Assembly (NCBI GenBank): GCA_044226285.1
Contig: JBGAHI010000004.1
Coordinates: 154,731 to 218,730 of the forward strand
Reading direction: 5' to 3'
Length of the DNA: 64,000 bases
Origin: Chitinophagales bacterium
Lineage (GTDB): Bacteria; Bacteroidota; Bacteroidia; Chitinophagales; LD1
Below are positions 1 to 9,985 of this stretch, one piece after another. The translations under genes and the position numbers were made by a program. How positions within the stretch are numbered: position 1 is the stretch's first letter; every line of letters begins with the position of its first letter. Under the pieces are notes generated by a model that was given only the letters and a program-made list of their open reading frames with translations, was not told where the DNA came from and did no database searches.

Positions 1-3000
1 CAAAATAAGCACCTGCAACTAATCCGGAAATACTGTTTGTGGTAGCATTATTACTCCACAAATATGTATATGGAGATGTTCCTCCACTTACAGTTGCAGT
101 TGCAGTTCCATCAGCAGCACCATTACATGTTGCATCGGTTTTAGATAATACTACAGTTAATGCTTGAGTAGGTTCAGTAACTGTATGCGTCAAGAATTTC
201 TGACATCCGTTAGCATCTGTAACAGTAACTGCATAATTTCCACCCACTAGATTAGATAAATCCTCTGAAGTATCTGAGGTGTTCCAAACAAAAGTGTATT
301 GAGGCACTCCTCCACTAACGGTGATGTCAATATATCCGGAAGAATCCCCCTTACAGAGTACATTGCTTGATTGTGCCAATGTAACAAATAATGGTAGTGG
401 CTGTGTAATAGTAGCACCTGCATTACCGGTACATCCTTTACTATCAGTAATTGCAACATTATAAGTACCTGCGTTTACATTCGTTAAGTCTTCGTTTGTT
501 GAACCATTTGTCCATAAATAAGTATATGGAGATGTTCCCCCTTGAGTGGTAATATAAATTCCACCCGTACCAATTCCTGAGCAAGCAACGTTTTTAATTG
601 AATCTATAACGACAGATACCTGAGCCGGCTGAGAAATTGATACCGGTAAGTACTCTGTACAACCTTTAGAATCACGAAGAGTGATAGTGTAATTTCCAGA
701 TGTTAATCCGGTGAAAGAAGATAAAGGTTGGAAAATGAAACCATCAATAGAATATGAGTATGGCGCAATTCCTCCTGTAAGGCTTACATAAATAGCGCCA
801 TCGCTTCCACCAAAGCAACTTACGTTTTTCGATGAATCGAGATTAGCAGAAACTATATAGGAGTTGCCTATAGTAATAGAAGATGTTGCCTTACAGCCTT
901 TACTATCAGTTACTTCAACAGTATATGTTCCCGCAGAAAGTCCTGAGAAAACATTGTTAGGTTGAGAAGGCCCGTTATTTAAAGTATAAGAATAGTTTGC
1001 AGTTCCTCCGGTTGGTGTTGCTGTAATGCTACCATCAAAAACACTTGTACAACTCGCATCTTGCTTAACAGTTGCCAACGTTAATAAAGCTGGCTCCGTA
1101 ATTACAAAAGGGTTACCAACATAAGGTCTTGAACATAAACTATCGTCTTGAACAACGATATTATAATTCCCAGCAGTTAAGCCAGAGAATGTCCCACTTA
1201 TTTGATAGGATCCTCCATTATTGCTAGAGAAAGTAACATTCCCATTTGTGCTACTTGCGGCAACATTAATAGTGCCATCATTACCACCAAAGCAAGAAAC
1301 ATTAGTTGATGTTACAGAAGCAATAGTAGGAAGGGGTAGAATCAGTACTTGTGCATAAGTGGTCATTTCAAGCGAACAAATACCTGATATTACTCGTCTT
1401 CTATATTCTGTTGTAACAGATGTTACTCCCGGATCGTAGTTAACCCCATTATTCACACCTGGAGCTGGAGTCCATGTAGCGCCACCATTTGTACTAATTT
1501 CCCATACATAAGTATAAGAACCTGTTCCTCCACCCGGAGGACTTGCAGTAATAACTGCAGGATCACCTGACTGACAGAATCGTTGATAAATATTAGTAAC
1601 AATAAAGTTTGCAACGATTGCAGGTGTAACTTGTACAGAAATAACATTACTTGTACTTGAACATGGTGGAGAAGATATATTCCTTCTGTAATAAACGGTT
1701 GTCCCTGTTGGAGGCGGATCAAAATTTTGACTATTAGCGCCAAAGATATCCGTCCAAGAACCTACTCCATCCGGACTACTCTGCCATTGGTAAACATTTG
1801 ATGCGCCACCAGTAGGAACGGTTCCTGATAAAAGAGTCGGATCGCCATAATCGCAAAGTGTCTGATTTCCGGAAATCACATTATTTGTAATAGGCGTAAC
1901 CGATTTGACAGTTACAATGTTACTGTAACTTGCACATCCAGCAGGATTTCCTGATCCACAACTAATATCTGCTCGTCTTCTGTAGTATTTCGTTGCACCT
2001 GAAATTACAGGAGGATCATACGTTAAGGCTGCAGAGTTAGAAGCGGCTGTTCCCCAAATAATACCATCAGCACTTTCCTCCCAAGTATATACGATACAAG
2101 CTGTACCAGTGGAAGCAGGACCGCCAATTAAAACAGGATCAAAAGTTCCGCAAAACGATTGATCTGCAGCGATAGCTGGCGTTGCCAATGGAGAGCTGAT
2201 AGTTACAACTACGTTATTAGAAAAAGCAGTTGCACCGCTTGTGCATGCAGTTGCTTTTCTTCTGAAATAAGTTGTTGTTGTAACAACAGGAGGATCATAA
2301 TCTTTGCTGTTTGCACCCGGAATATTTGTAAATGTTATTCCATCAGGAGAAGATTGCCACTGATAGATAGTGTATGGATCACCCGTTGCTAAAGCAGTAT
2401 TGTTCAATGTAGATGGATCACCAGATCCACAGAAACTTTGATTGGAGCCAATATTTCCGCCTAGTATACCTTCATACCACCATTTAATTCTTACTCCATA
2501 AGAAAATGTACCGCAACTTTGAACAGGATAATCTGTCCATACACAAGGTGGCGAACTTCTAAAATTCACACTGTAATTATTGCATTGTGCATGATCATCG
2601 TCTTCTAATGAGTTTAAGAATCCACAAGAAGAAACAAAGAAACAGTTGTTACTACAATCTTTCTCAAATGCCTCAAAACGAATTAATGCAGTTGTAGTTG
2701 AATTTGGCACATTGACTTCATTTCTAATGCCAACACCAGAACCAAACAACGTTCCACCAGGGGAGCAAGAAACAAATCCATTGCTCGCTGCCGGACCGTA
2801 ATCATCTCCGGTATAAATACATTGACCTCCTGTTTCAGTAGCACCCACTTGATTATCGGTTGCCCAAACATGATAGGTGTATTCCGGATCTCCGCTTTGG
2901 TCGCTTCGGCCTTCCCATCCTAATTGATAAATCTCAATTTGGTAACTAATAGTTTGCGCATAAGAAAAACAAGTTGCTAATGCGGCTAAAAATGAAAAGA

Positions 3001-3016
3001 GTATTTTTTTTGTCAT
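1..3016 (-). CDS. Giant cell-surface adhesin, N-terminal ~1005 aa; the ORF runs off the left window edge. SprB-repeat / Ig-like-repeat protein
   Basis: Hand translation of the minus strand from the ATG at complement 3014-3016 gives MTKKILFSFLAALATCFSYAQ (signal peptide). The frame then stays open to position 1 (spot-checked at 2881-3016, 1451-1501 and 1-60). It is absent from the ORF track because no stop lies inside the window. It has about 4 repeats of Q.FCG.GDP..L....YQWQSS.DG..W..I.GA....YDPP...T.YYRR, followed by 6 or more repeats of V.C.GG.DG.I...(T)GG..PY.Y, the SprB-repeat signature. Confidence 0.8.
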   Translation of the reverse strand, partial: MTKKILFSFLAALATCFSYAQTISYQIEIYQLGWEGRSDQSGDPEYTYHVWATDNQVGATETGGQCIYTGDDYGPAASNGFVSCSPGGTLFGSGVGIRNEVNVPNSTTTALIRFEAFEKDCSNNCFFVSSCGFLNSLEDDDHAQCNNYSVNFRSSPPCVWTDYPVQSCGTFSYGVRIKWWYEGILGGNIGSNQSFCGSGDPSTLNNTALATGDPYTIYQWQSSPDGITFTNIPGANSKDYDPPVVTTTTYFRRKATACTSGATAFSNNVVVTISSPLATPAIAADQSFCGTFDPVLIGGPASTGTACIVYTWEESADGIIWGTAASNSAALTYDPPVISGATKYYRRRADISCGSGNPAGCASYSNIVTVKSVTPITNNVISGNQTLCDYGDPTLLSGTVPTGGASNVYQWQSSPDGVGSWTDIFGANSQNFDPPPTGTTVYYRRNISSPPCSSTSNVISVQVTPAIVANFIVTNIYQRFCQSGDPAVITASPPGGGTGSYTYVWEISTNGGATWTPAPGVNNGVNYDPGVTSVTTEYRRRVISGICSLEMTTYAQVLILPLPTIASVTSTNVSCFGGNDGTINVAASSTNGNVTFSSNNGGSYQISGTFSGLTAGNYNIVVQDDSLCSRPYVGNPFVITEPALLTLATVKQDASCTSVFDGSITATPTGGTANYSYTLNNGPSQPNNVFSGLSAGTYTVEVTDSKGCKATSSITIGNSYIVSANLDSSKNVSCFGGSDGAIYVSLTGGIAPYSYSIDGFIFQPLSSFTGLTSGNYTITLRDSKGCTEYLPVSISQPAQVSVVIDSIKNVACSGIGTGGIYITTQGGTSPYTYLWTNGSTNEDLTNVNAGTYNVAITDSKGCTGNAGATITQPLPLFVTLAQSSNVLCKGDSSGYIDITVSGGVPQYTFVWNTSDTSEDLSNLVGGNYAVTVTDANGCQKFLTHTVTEPTQALTVVLSKTDATCNGAADGTATATVSGGTSPYTYLWSNNATTNSISGLVAGAYF

Positions 3017-3132
3017 AAATGAAACTTTTTTTTCAGGGTAACGTATTTAGTAAATTTAATAGTTTTTTGCAAAAAGTCAAATTTGGCAGATATACATTAT
3101 TAAAATCGTGAATATTAAGACCCAAAGTGGGC

Positions 3133-5646
3133 TTATTCTTGTAGATAAACACGCTTTACTCTTCCTCCAACGCCTGTAAGTATTTCGTATGGGATTGTAC
3201 CTATGGCTTTAGCTAAGCTTTGAACCGTTGGATCAGATCCAAAAACAATTACCTCATCTCCTTCTTCTACATTACTAATATCTGTTACATCCAACATGGT
3301 CATATCCATACAAATATTACCAATTACTGGCGCTAATTTGCCGTTAATGCGCATAGAACCTGCTCCATTACTCAATCTCCGACTCAATCCATCGGCATAA
3401 CCAATGCCTATGGTAGCAATCGTTTTCGGCTGATTCACTACACCAATTCTGCCGTAACCTACACTTTCACCAACTTCCACTTTTTTGATTTGGGAAATCG
3501 TTGTTTTGAGCGTGCTTACCGGCAATAATTTATTTTGAATAACATTCGATGAATCAACACCATATAATCCAACTCCTAAGCGTACCATATCGTACTGATA
3601 TTTTGCATGGCGGGTTATCCCCGTTGAGTTCAAACAATGGCGGATAATTTTATAATCAAACTGGCGAATTACTTTACTTGAAGCACGTTCGAAAATTTCA
3701 ACTTGTTGATCCGTAAACGCATCCAACGATTGATCCTCACTGGCAGCTAAATGTGTAAATACCGATGCGATTTTAATAGCGGGATGTTGTGCGATTTTTT
3801 CCAAAGCTACGTCTAATTCAGATTCTGTAAAACCTAGTCTGTTCATCCCCGTTTCAATCTCTAAATGAATGCGAACATCTTCCACCCCATTTTCCTTCAC
3901 AGCCAAAATAAATTCATCCAATAACCGCAAAGAATAAATATCGGGCTCTAACTTAAAACTGAAAATCTGATCAAAGGCCGCCTCTTCCGGATTCATTACC
4001 ATAATCGGCAACACAATTCCGTTTTTCCGAAGTTCAACGCCTTCATCTGCATAGGCCACCGCCAAATAATCGACATTGTTGAATTGCAGAATATTCGCAA
4101 TTTCAAAACTTCCGCTACCATACGAAAAGGCTTTAACCATAGCCATTACACGTGTTTGTGGCTTCAAAAAACCTTGATATACTTTTAAGTTCTGAATCAG
4201 GGCATTCAAATTGATTTCCATTACCGTGCGGTGCGATTTGCGCTCCAAAATTTTGAGAATACGCTCGAATTCAAATATTCTCGCTCCTTTCAACAAAATG
4301 GTTTCATTCCGGAACCAATCGCCTGAGACCGTACGCAATAATTCATCGGTAGTTTCGAAAAAGAAAAGCTCTTTCACACCAGCTTCTTCGAAATATTTTT
4401 TCTGGCGAATAATATTTTTCCCTACACCAATCAACCGATCTACATGCTGCTCTTTCAGCATAGTGGCCACCAATTGATACAAATCCGGATCGTTCCTGCC
4501 GCTTTGGTGAACATCCGAAAGAATGATGGTGCGTTTTGTGTGTTGATGCTGCTGACTTAAAAAATCCAATGCAATGCGTATCGATTCTAAATCGGAATTA
4601 TACGCATCGTTAATCACCGTGCAATTATTCACCGCCTCTTTCATTTCCAAACGCATCGCCACACCCACCAAGCGATCCATACGCGCTCGAATCACATCCA
4701 TGCCTACGCCCAATACCAACATCACACATACGCAATGAATGGCATTTTCCACCGAAGCTTTATCGGAAAACGGAATCTCAAAATCGAACTCTTTTTCCTG
4801 ATATAAAGCCGATATAAACGACTTATTATTCTTCTGTAAAATCGACACTACACGAAAATCGGAATCGGCATGGCTCGACCACGAAAAGGTTTTCAGTTTC
4901 TGCGAATCATCAATGGCTTTGTTGAACGAATTGATTTCGCCAATCGCATTATTGATGTCGCCATGATCTTTGCAATACACTATAATTTCCGCACCAGCAA
5001 AGAGTTTCAGCTTTTCCTTCGTTTTGTGTTTGGCATTCAAAAAACCTTCAGAATGCGCCTCACCAATATTTGTAATCAAACCAATTGTTGGCTGAATCAC
5101 TTTTTGTAAACGCAACATTTCATCGGGTTCAGAAATCCCGGCTTCAAACAAACCGAGTGTGTTATCGGCCGTCATATTCCATACCGAAATCGGCACACCA
5201 ATTTGCGAATTAAAACTTTTCGGATTGCGGACAATGTTGAAATCCTCGTTCAGCAATTGATACAGCCATTCCTTACAAATGGTTTTGCCATTGCTGCCGG
5301 TAATGCCCACCACCGGATACGTAAATTGTTTACGGTGCAATGTGGCCATTTTTTGCAAAGCCAGAATGGTGTCCTTCACCACAATAAAATTGGCTTGTGC
5401 GTATTTCGCCACAACGGTTTCATCCGTTACCACAAAATTGCGAACGCCCTGTTCAATCAAATACGGAATGAATGTATGTCCGTCTTGTCGTTTGCTTTTT
5501 ATAGCAAAGAACAGCGCATGGTTAGCATGCCGTAACTTCCGACTGTCGGTAAGCAGGTATGAGACAATGGCATCAGCATCAAAGCGGGGGTAAAATTCTC
5601 CTCCACACATCTGCGCCAATTTTGAAATAGGGTATTGCGTATGCAC
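3133..5646 (-). CDS. murF/alr: Bifunctional UDP-N-acetylmuramoyl-tripeptide--D-alanyl-D-alanine ligase / alanine racemase (MurF-Alr fusion)
   Basis: The N-terminal half has the Mur ligase motifs LLTDSRKL and GITGSNGKT. The C-terminal half has the alanine racemase PLP-lysine context MVKAFSYGSG and YADG. The ORF is open up to 5772, but that extension is hydrophobic and non-homologous in appearance. I placed the start at the GTG at complement 5644-5646 (MHTQYPISKLAQMCGGEF); an ATG at 5679 is the alternative. Confidence 0.85.
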   Translation of the reverse strand: MHTQYPISKLAQMCGGEFYPRFDADAIVSYLLTDSRKLRHANHALFFAIKSKRQDGHTFIPYLIEQGVRNFVVTDETVVAKYAQANFIVVKDTILALQKMATLHRKQFTYPVVGITGSNGKTICKEWLYQLLNEDFNIVRNPKSFNSQIGVPISVWNMTADNTLGLFEAGISEPDEMLRLQKVIQPTIGLITNIGEAHSEGFLNAKHKTKEKLKLFAGAEIIVYCKDHGDINNAIGEINSFNKAIDDSQKLKTFSWSSHADSDFRVVSILQKNNKSFISALYQEKEFDFEIPFSDKASVENAIHCVCVMLVLGVGMDVIRARMDRLVGVAMRLEMKEAVNNCTVINDAYNSDLESIRIALDFLSQQHQHTKRTIILSDVHQSGRNDPDLYQLVATMLKEQHVDRLIGVGKNIIRQKKYFEEAGVKELFFFETTDELLRTVSGDWFRNETILLKGARIFEFERILKILERKSHRTVMEINLNALIQNLKVYQGFLKPQTRVMAMVKAFSYGSGSFEIANILQFNNVDYLAVAYADEGVELRKNGIVLPIMVMNPEEAAFDQIFSFKLEPDIYSLRLLDEFILAVKENGVEDVRIHLEIETGMNRLGFTESELDVALEKIAQHPAIKIASVFTHLAASEDQSLDAFTDQQVEIFERASSKVIRQFDYKIIRHCLNSTGITRHAKYQYDMVRLGVGLYGVDSSNVIQNKLLPVSTLKTTISQIKKVEVGESVGYGRIGVVNQPKTIATIGIGYADGLSRRLSNGAGSMRINGKLAPVIGNICMDMTMLDVTDISNVEEGDEVIVFGSDPTVQSLAKAIGTIPYEILTGVGGRVKRVYLQE

Positions 5647-5824
5647 GCTACAAGGTAAGGAAAAAAAACAAAAAAACATAACATTAACACTTGCCGGCCG
5701 TGTGCCGCTAAGAAGCCGCACCGGGTGTTGCGTTGCAATCTCCGCCAATGGGAATTGGCGTAGGATTTTCACTTCACCCCCTCACGGAGGCATTGAGGTT
5801 AAACTGAATTAGGCGCCCTAAAAA

Positions 5825-5963
5825 ATGGTTCGGCAAGGATGCCGACCATAGACAAACTTCTACCAAGATGATTTTTGAGCCTCTAGCTGCTAGCTTTTAG
5901 GTATTAGAGGCTAAAGCAGACTAAACTTTAAGTGCATACATGGTCGGCATCCCTGCCGACCAT
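5825..5963. repeat. REP/MITE-like intergenic element: two inverted copies of a 24-25 nt hairpin flanking a central hairpin
   Basis: ATGGTTCGGCAAGGATGCCGACCAT (5825-5849) and ATGGTCGGCATCCCTGCCGACCAT (5940-5963) are near reverse complements of each other, and each is itself a 10-bp stem-loop. A central stem pairs AGCCTCTA (5878-5885) with TAGAGGCT (5905-5912). A degenerate third copy, ATGGTTCGGCAAGGAT, lies at 6130-6145 with the same A-rich, cgccc-containing left flank. Confidence 0.5.
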
Positions 5964-6063
5964 CATCAAAGTAGTTCAAAAGATTCCCGTTTTCACGGTC
6001 ATTACGATGAATGCATATTTTGCCAATAATCCGAAATGCCGCGTGCGGATGGAAGTGAAAATC

Positions 6064-6091
6064 CTTTATCCCGCTTCAGAGTGGGATAAAG
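6064..6091 (-). terminator. Possible weak intrinsic terminator downstream of dus
   Basis: A 9-bp stem pairs CTTTATCCC with GGGATAAAG around a 10-nt loop. On the minus strand it is followed by GATTTTCA. The T-run is short, so confidence is low. Confidence 0.3.
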
Positions 6092-6193
6092 ATTGCAACG
6101 AACAGCCGGTAACACGCCCAAAAAAACAAATGGTTCGGCAAGGATAGCGAATTGAGTTTCTTCACTTCTAAAGGCGAGTAGCTAAAGGCTTCT

Positions 6194-7231
6194 TCACCCA
6201 TCCACACCCTGATATTCCGTTGGTGTATTCGCTTTAGCGTAGATATTTTCTTTGTCTTTGTAATGGAAAAAAATCTCATCCAAAATCGACTCAATCTCTT
6301 TCGGGTCCATGCTTTCCACCAAGCGCATCCGGTAGGCTTTAATATTTTCCAGGCCTTTAAAATACGGACCGTAATGTCTGCGCATTTCTAAAATGCCTAA
6401 GGTCTGATTCTTCCATTGAATGGAGCGCTGTAAATGCTCCTTGGCCACAGCAACGCGCTCTTCTAAAGTAGGAGGCGCTAATTTTTGTCCGGTTTTCAGG
6501 TAATGTTTCACTTCGCGGAAAATCCACGGATACCCAATAGCTGCGCGGCCAATCATCACTCCATCAGCACCGTATTGCTCGAGCATGGTTTTCGCATCTT
6601 CCCCATTCATTACATCTCCATTTCCAAAAACAGGTATACGCAAACGCGGATTTTCTTTCACTTTGGCAATCCAAGTCCAATCGGCCTTGCCGGTGTACAT
6701 TTGGTGCTTGGTGCGGCAGTGAATGGAAATAGCGTGTATGCCCACATCTTGCAAGCGCTCTGCTACTTCCACAATTTTAATAGAATTCGCATCCCAACCA
6801 ATACGTGTTTTTACGGTAACCGGCAATTTGGTGGCTTTTACGATGGCTTCTGTGAGTTTCACCATTTTATCGATATCGCGCAAAACGCCTGAACCGGCAT
6901 TTTTGCACACTACATTTTTCACCGGACAGCCATAATTAATATCCAACAATTCGGGTTTGGCGGCTTCAACAATTTCAGCCGAGCGGGTCATGGCCTCTAT
7001 TTCACCGCCAAATATTTGGATACCCACCGGGCGTTCATCCTCAAAAATATCGAGCTTTTTCAAGCTTTTATCGGCATCGCGAATCAACCCATCTGAGGAA
7101 ATAAACTCGGTATACAGCATATCGGCCCCGTTCTTCTTACATAAATGACGGAAAGGCGGATCGCTCACATCCTCCATGGGCGCCAACAATAAAGGGTTCT
7201 CCCCCAAATCGATATGTGCTATTTTAGCCAT
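6194..7231 (-). CDS. dusB: tRNA-dihydrouridine synthase
   Basis: The N-terminus reads LLLAPMEDVSDPPFR, the catalytic Cys context is NYGCPVKNV, and the length and TIM-barrel pattern are typical of the Dus family. Confidence 0.85.
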   Translation of the reverse strand: MAKIAHIDLGENPLLLAPMEDVSDPPFRHLCKKNGADMLYTEFISSDGLIRDADKSLKKLDIFEDERPVGIQIFGGEIEAMTRSAEIVEAAKPELLDINYGCPVKNVVCKNAGSGVLRDIDKMVKLTEAIVKATKLPVTVKTRIGWDANSIKIVEVAERLQDVGIHAISIHCRTKHQMYTGKADWTWIAKVKENPRLRIPVFGNGDVMNGEDAKTMLEQYGADGVMIGRAAIGYPWIFREVKHYLKTGQKLAPPTLEERVAVAKEHLQRSIQWKNQTLGILEMRRHYGPYFKGLENIKAYRMRLVESMDPKEIESILDEIFFHYKDKENIYAKANTPTEYQGVDG

Positions 7232-7321
7232 TGGCGCAAAAGTAATCCATCTGTTGATATATTTTTCAGAAAATCGAGCCGCTGAATTTGTGTTTCGAAT
7301 AATTTCTTAGGTTTGTAAGGC

Positions 7322-8248
7322 ATGAATTCAATCGGCCATAACAGACCACATCCATTTTTGCAGTTGGCGATACTGTTCGGTTTGGTGACCATGTGTCTTT
7401 TTCTTTGTCTTTTTATTGTGAAGTTCAGTTTGCATCCCCTGTTTGGCATTGCCGATCCTGACGTGTTTATCACTTCGCTTACCCTTCAGAAACAACATAC
7501 CTACGCTGCTCTTTTTATGCAGTCGTTGGCGTCAACTTGGGGTATGTTTTTGTTGCCGTCCATTATTTTCACACAAGTGATGCGCTACGATGTTGGGGAG
7601 TTTTTCAAAGTCAATCGTTGGCCATCGTTCATCAACATCCTCACGGCTACATTCATTATTGCCTGCGGCATTGTTTTCGTAAATTTTATTGTGGAGCTCA
7701 ATAAGCAAATTCCTTTGCCGAGCGCCCTTTCATCCTTACGCGATACGCAAGGCAATGCCGATGAACTGATTCTTTCTTTCTTTTCTGAAAACTCGAACAC
7801 GCACTTTTTCGTTTTAGTATTGGCATTAGCTGTTCTTCCGGCTATAGCTGAAGAGTTATTTTTTAGAGGTGTGATTCAAAACATGTTGCAAAAATCGGGT
7901 ATGACGGCCATGGCATCTATTGTTGTTACGGGGCTATCGTTCAGTGTTATGCACTTGGAATTCGATAATTTTGTGGCCATCTGGATGATGGGCATTGTGT
8001 TGGGTTGGCTGTATTACTATTCGCAAAATTTATGGGTGAGTATCATTGCGCATTTTCTGAATAATTTCAGCATGATTGCATTGAAGTTTGCCTTTTTCAA
8101 CGGAGTTACCCCTACCGATATGAGCGAAACAACAAACCCTCCAGTGCTTTTATCGTTGGCATGTGGAATTATCATGGTGGTTTTATTAATTTGGTTTCGC
8201 AATCGGAATCAAAATGCCATTTCGTTATCCGATTCTATTGATTTATAA
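7322..8248 (+). CDS. CPBP family intramembrane glutamic endopeptidase (CAAX protease/Abi family)
   Basis: Polytopic membrane protein with the EELFFRG motif and the downstream SVMH and IIAHFLNNF histidine motifs. Confidence 0.75.
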   Translation: MNSIGHNRPHPFLQLAILFGLVTMCLFLCLFIVKFSLHPLFGIADPDVFITSLTLQKQHTYAALFMQSLASTWGMFLLPSIIFTQVMRYDVGEFFKVNRWPSFINILTATFIIACGIVFVNFIVELNKQIPLPSALSSLRDTQGNADELILSFFSENSNTHFFVLVLALAVLPAIAEELFFRGVIQNMLQKSGMTAMASIVVTGLSFSVMHLEFDNFVAIWMMGIVLGWLYYYSQNLWVSIIAHFLNNFSMIALKFAFFNGVTPTDMSETTNPPVLLSLACGIIMVVLLIWFRNRNQNAISLSDSIDL

Positions 8249-8273
8249 CCTATTGTTCGATTAACAGCACACT

Positions 8274-9176
8274 ATGAAAACATTTGCCATTAGAGCCGCT
8301 TCAGGATTATCGTTAGGCATCCTAATTATTTTCGGAATTCTTTGGAGTAAGTGGTTTTATCTGCCATTAATTCTAATCATTACTGTAGGTGGATTGTGGG
8401 AGTTTTATACCCTTTCTTCTATTGCGCACAAAGACGATGGCAAATACGCCAAACGCTATAAATACTTAGCCATCAGCTTTGCCGTAATTATTCAACTGCT
8501 TTCGTTTTTGATGAACCATCGCTATAGTTTTATCGATATCTCGTATGTGTTTCCGGTGTTTCTGTTTACGTTTTTCATCATCGAATTATATGCAAAATCA
8601 GAAAATCCATTTGAGAACATTGCATGGAATGTAGTTGGTCTCGTGTACATCCTCTTACCGGTATTGATTTTGAACAAATTGTACTTCGACAAAGGGAAGT
8701 TATTTGTTCTCGCTATATTATTCATTTCGTGGTTCTACGACTCGTGGTGTTATATTTTCGGATCTTTGATTGGGAGAACGAAACTATTTGAGCGTGTTTC
8801 ACCTAAGAAAACCATCGAAGGTTTAGCGGGAGGCTTAATTGTAACACTTACCCTTGCCTATTTTTACCCGGTTATTCTTTCATGGGTAGCCAAAGAACTA
8901 CCAACGTTCATCATTTATGCGCCTACCTATACCAGTTGGCAATGGGTGTTTATTGCCTTGGTGGCTACAATTGCCTGCACCTATGGAGATTTAGCGGAAT
9001 CGCTCTTAAAAAGAAGCGTAAATGTAAAAGACTCGGGCAACGTAATGCCGGGGCATGGCGGCTTTTTGGACCGTTTGGATGCTATCATTCTGAGCGTGCC
9101 TTTTATTGCTTTAGCGGCTTGGTTAGCCGACCAGTTTCAACAAATCAAGCTTTTACTCGATTTTCTTCAAAGTTGA
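8274..9176 (+). CDS. cdsA: Phosphatidate cytidylyltransferase
   Basis: Carries the C-terminal CdsA signature GDLAESLLKRSVNVKDSGNVMPGHGGFLDRLD and is polytopic. Confidence 0.9.
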   Translation: MKTFAIRAASGLSLGILIIFGILWSKWFYLPLILIITVGGLWEFYTLSSIAHKDDGKYAKRYKYLAISFAVIIQLLSFLMNHRYSFIDISYVFPVFLFTFFIIELYAKSENPFENIAWNVVGLVYILLPVLILNKLYFDKGKLFVLAILFISWFYDSWCYIFGSLIGRTKLFERVSPKKTIEGLAGGLIVTLTLAYFYPVILSWVAKELPTFIIYAPTYTSWQWVFIALVATIACTYGDLAESLLKRSVNVKDSGNVMPGHGGFLDRLDAIILSVPFIALAAWLADQFQQIKLLLDFLQS

Positions 9177-9203
9177 TTGCATTAAGAATAAAGTGTATCT
9201 TTG
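9174..9203 (+). promoter_or_regulatory. Candidate Bacteroidota sigma-A promoter for psd (-33 TTG, -7 TATCTTTG)
   Basis: TATCTTTG (9196-9203) matches the TAnnTTTG -7 consensus. A TTG at 9174-9176 lies 19 nt upstream, and the ATG at 9222 lies 19 nt downstream. Confidence 0.35.
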
Positions 9204-9221
9204 CAGGCTGACTTATAATAT

Positions 9222-9896
9222 ATGAATGTAAAAAAGGTATATATCCACAAAGAAGGGCATACGTTTATTCTTGCCGTGGGGCTCCTCTTGTTACTCATCA
9301 ATCTTCCTATTGCTTGGATTGCCCATAGCGCTTTTTTCTCGGTGATTTTAGCGTTAGTTTCCTCGTTTTTCCTCTTTATTGTTGTTTACTTTTTTCGAAT
9401 TCCCGAGCGAGAAATGTATATCCATGACGGAAAAATTATTGCTCCGGCTGATGGAAAAGTAGTTGTGATTGAACAAGTGCACGAGAACGAGTATTTCAAA
9501 GATAACCGTATTCAGGTTTCTATTTTTATGTCGCCTACTAACGTACACGTGAACAGAAGTCCAATTGCCGGAGTAGTGAAATACCAAAAGTATCACCCTG
9601 GACAATACTTAGTGGCTTGGCACCCAAAATCATCCGAGAAAAACGAACGCAACACTGTTGTTATTGAAAACGACAATGTAGAAATTTTGGTTCGCCAGAT
9701 TGCAGGCAAATTGGCTCGAAAAATTCGTTACTACGTAGAAGAAGGCGATCAGTTATTGCAAGCCAACGAATTTGGATTTATTAAATTCGGTTCTCGTGTG
9801 GATTTATTTTTGCCGATTGGTACTGAAATCAACGTAGATTTAAAACAAAAGGTTAAAGGCGGAATCACCGTTATCGGAACCTTACCAAAATCATAA
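9222..9896 (+). CDS. psd: Phosphatidylserine decarboxylase proenzyme
   Basis: Short-form Psd of 224 aa with an N-terminal TM segment and the FGSRVDL self-cleavage (G-S) motif near the C-terminus. It lies directly downstream of cdsA. Confidence 0.85.
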   Translation: MNVKKVYIHKEGHTFILAVGLLLLLINLPIAWIAHSAFFSVILALVSSFFLFIVVYFFRIPEREMYIHDGKIIAPADGKVVVIEQVHENEYFKDNRIQVSIFMSPTNVHVNRSPIAGVVKYQKYHPGQYLVAWHPKSSEKNERNTVVIENDNVEILVRQIAGKLARKIRYYVEEGDQLLQANEFGFIKFGSRVDLFLPIGTEINVDLKQKVKGGITVIGTLPKS

Positions 9897-9939
9897 TCCT
9901 TAATTTTGTGAAAAGCTATATTCGCCCCGAGTTATTCTA

Positions 9940-9947
9940 TAACTTTG
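9940..9947 (+). promoter_or_regulatory. Candidate -7 box (TAACTTTG) upstream of the Cys-rich gene
   Basis: Matches TAnnTTTG 39 nt upstream of the ATG at 9986. No clean -33 element was seen. Confidence 0.25.
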
Positions 9948-9985
9948 GCTTCGGATTTGATATATCTAAATAAAAAACAAACACA

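Noticed and set aside
4211-5593. Five plus-strand ORFs (79-110 aa) antisense to murF/alr
   Set aside because: They lie entirely within a strongly supported 830+ aa gene and have no recognisable features.
5647-5772. N-terminal extension of the MurF/Alr ORF (MKILRQFPLAEIATQ...MFFCFFSLPCS)
   Set aside because: The extension has no resemblance to MurF N-termini. Homologous sequence begins at YPISKLAQMCGGEF, and an in-frame GTG sits immediately before it. The exact start remains uncertain.
5932-6294. ORFs 5932-6147 (+) and 6076-6294 (-) in the dus to murF/alr spacer
   Set aside because: They span the hairpin-repeat element and overlap the dus 3' end. They have no motifs and look like chance ORFs in repetitive non-coding DNA.
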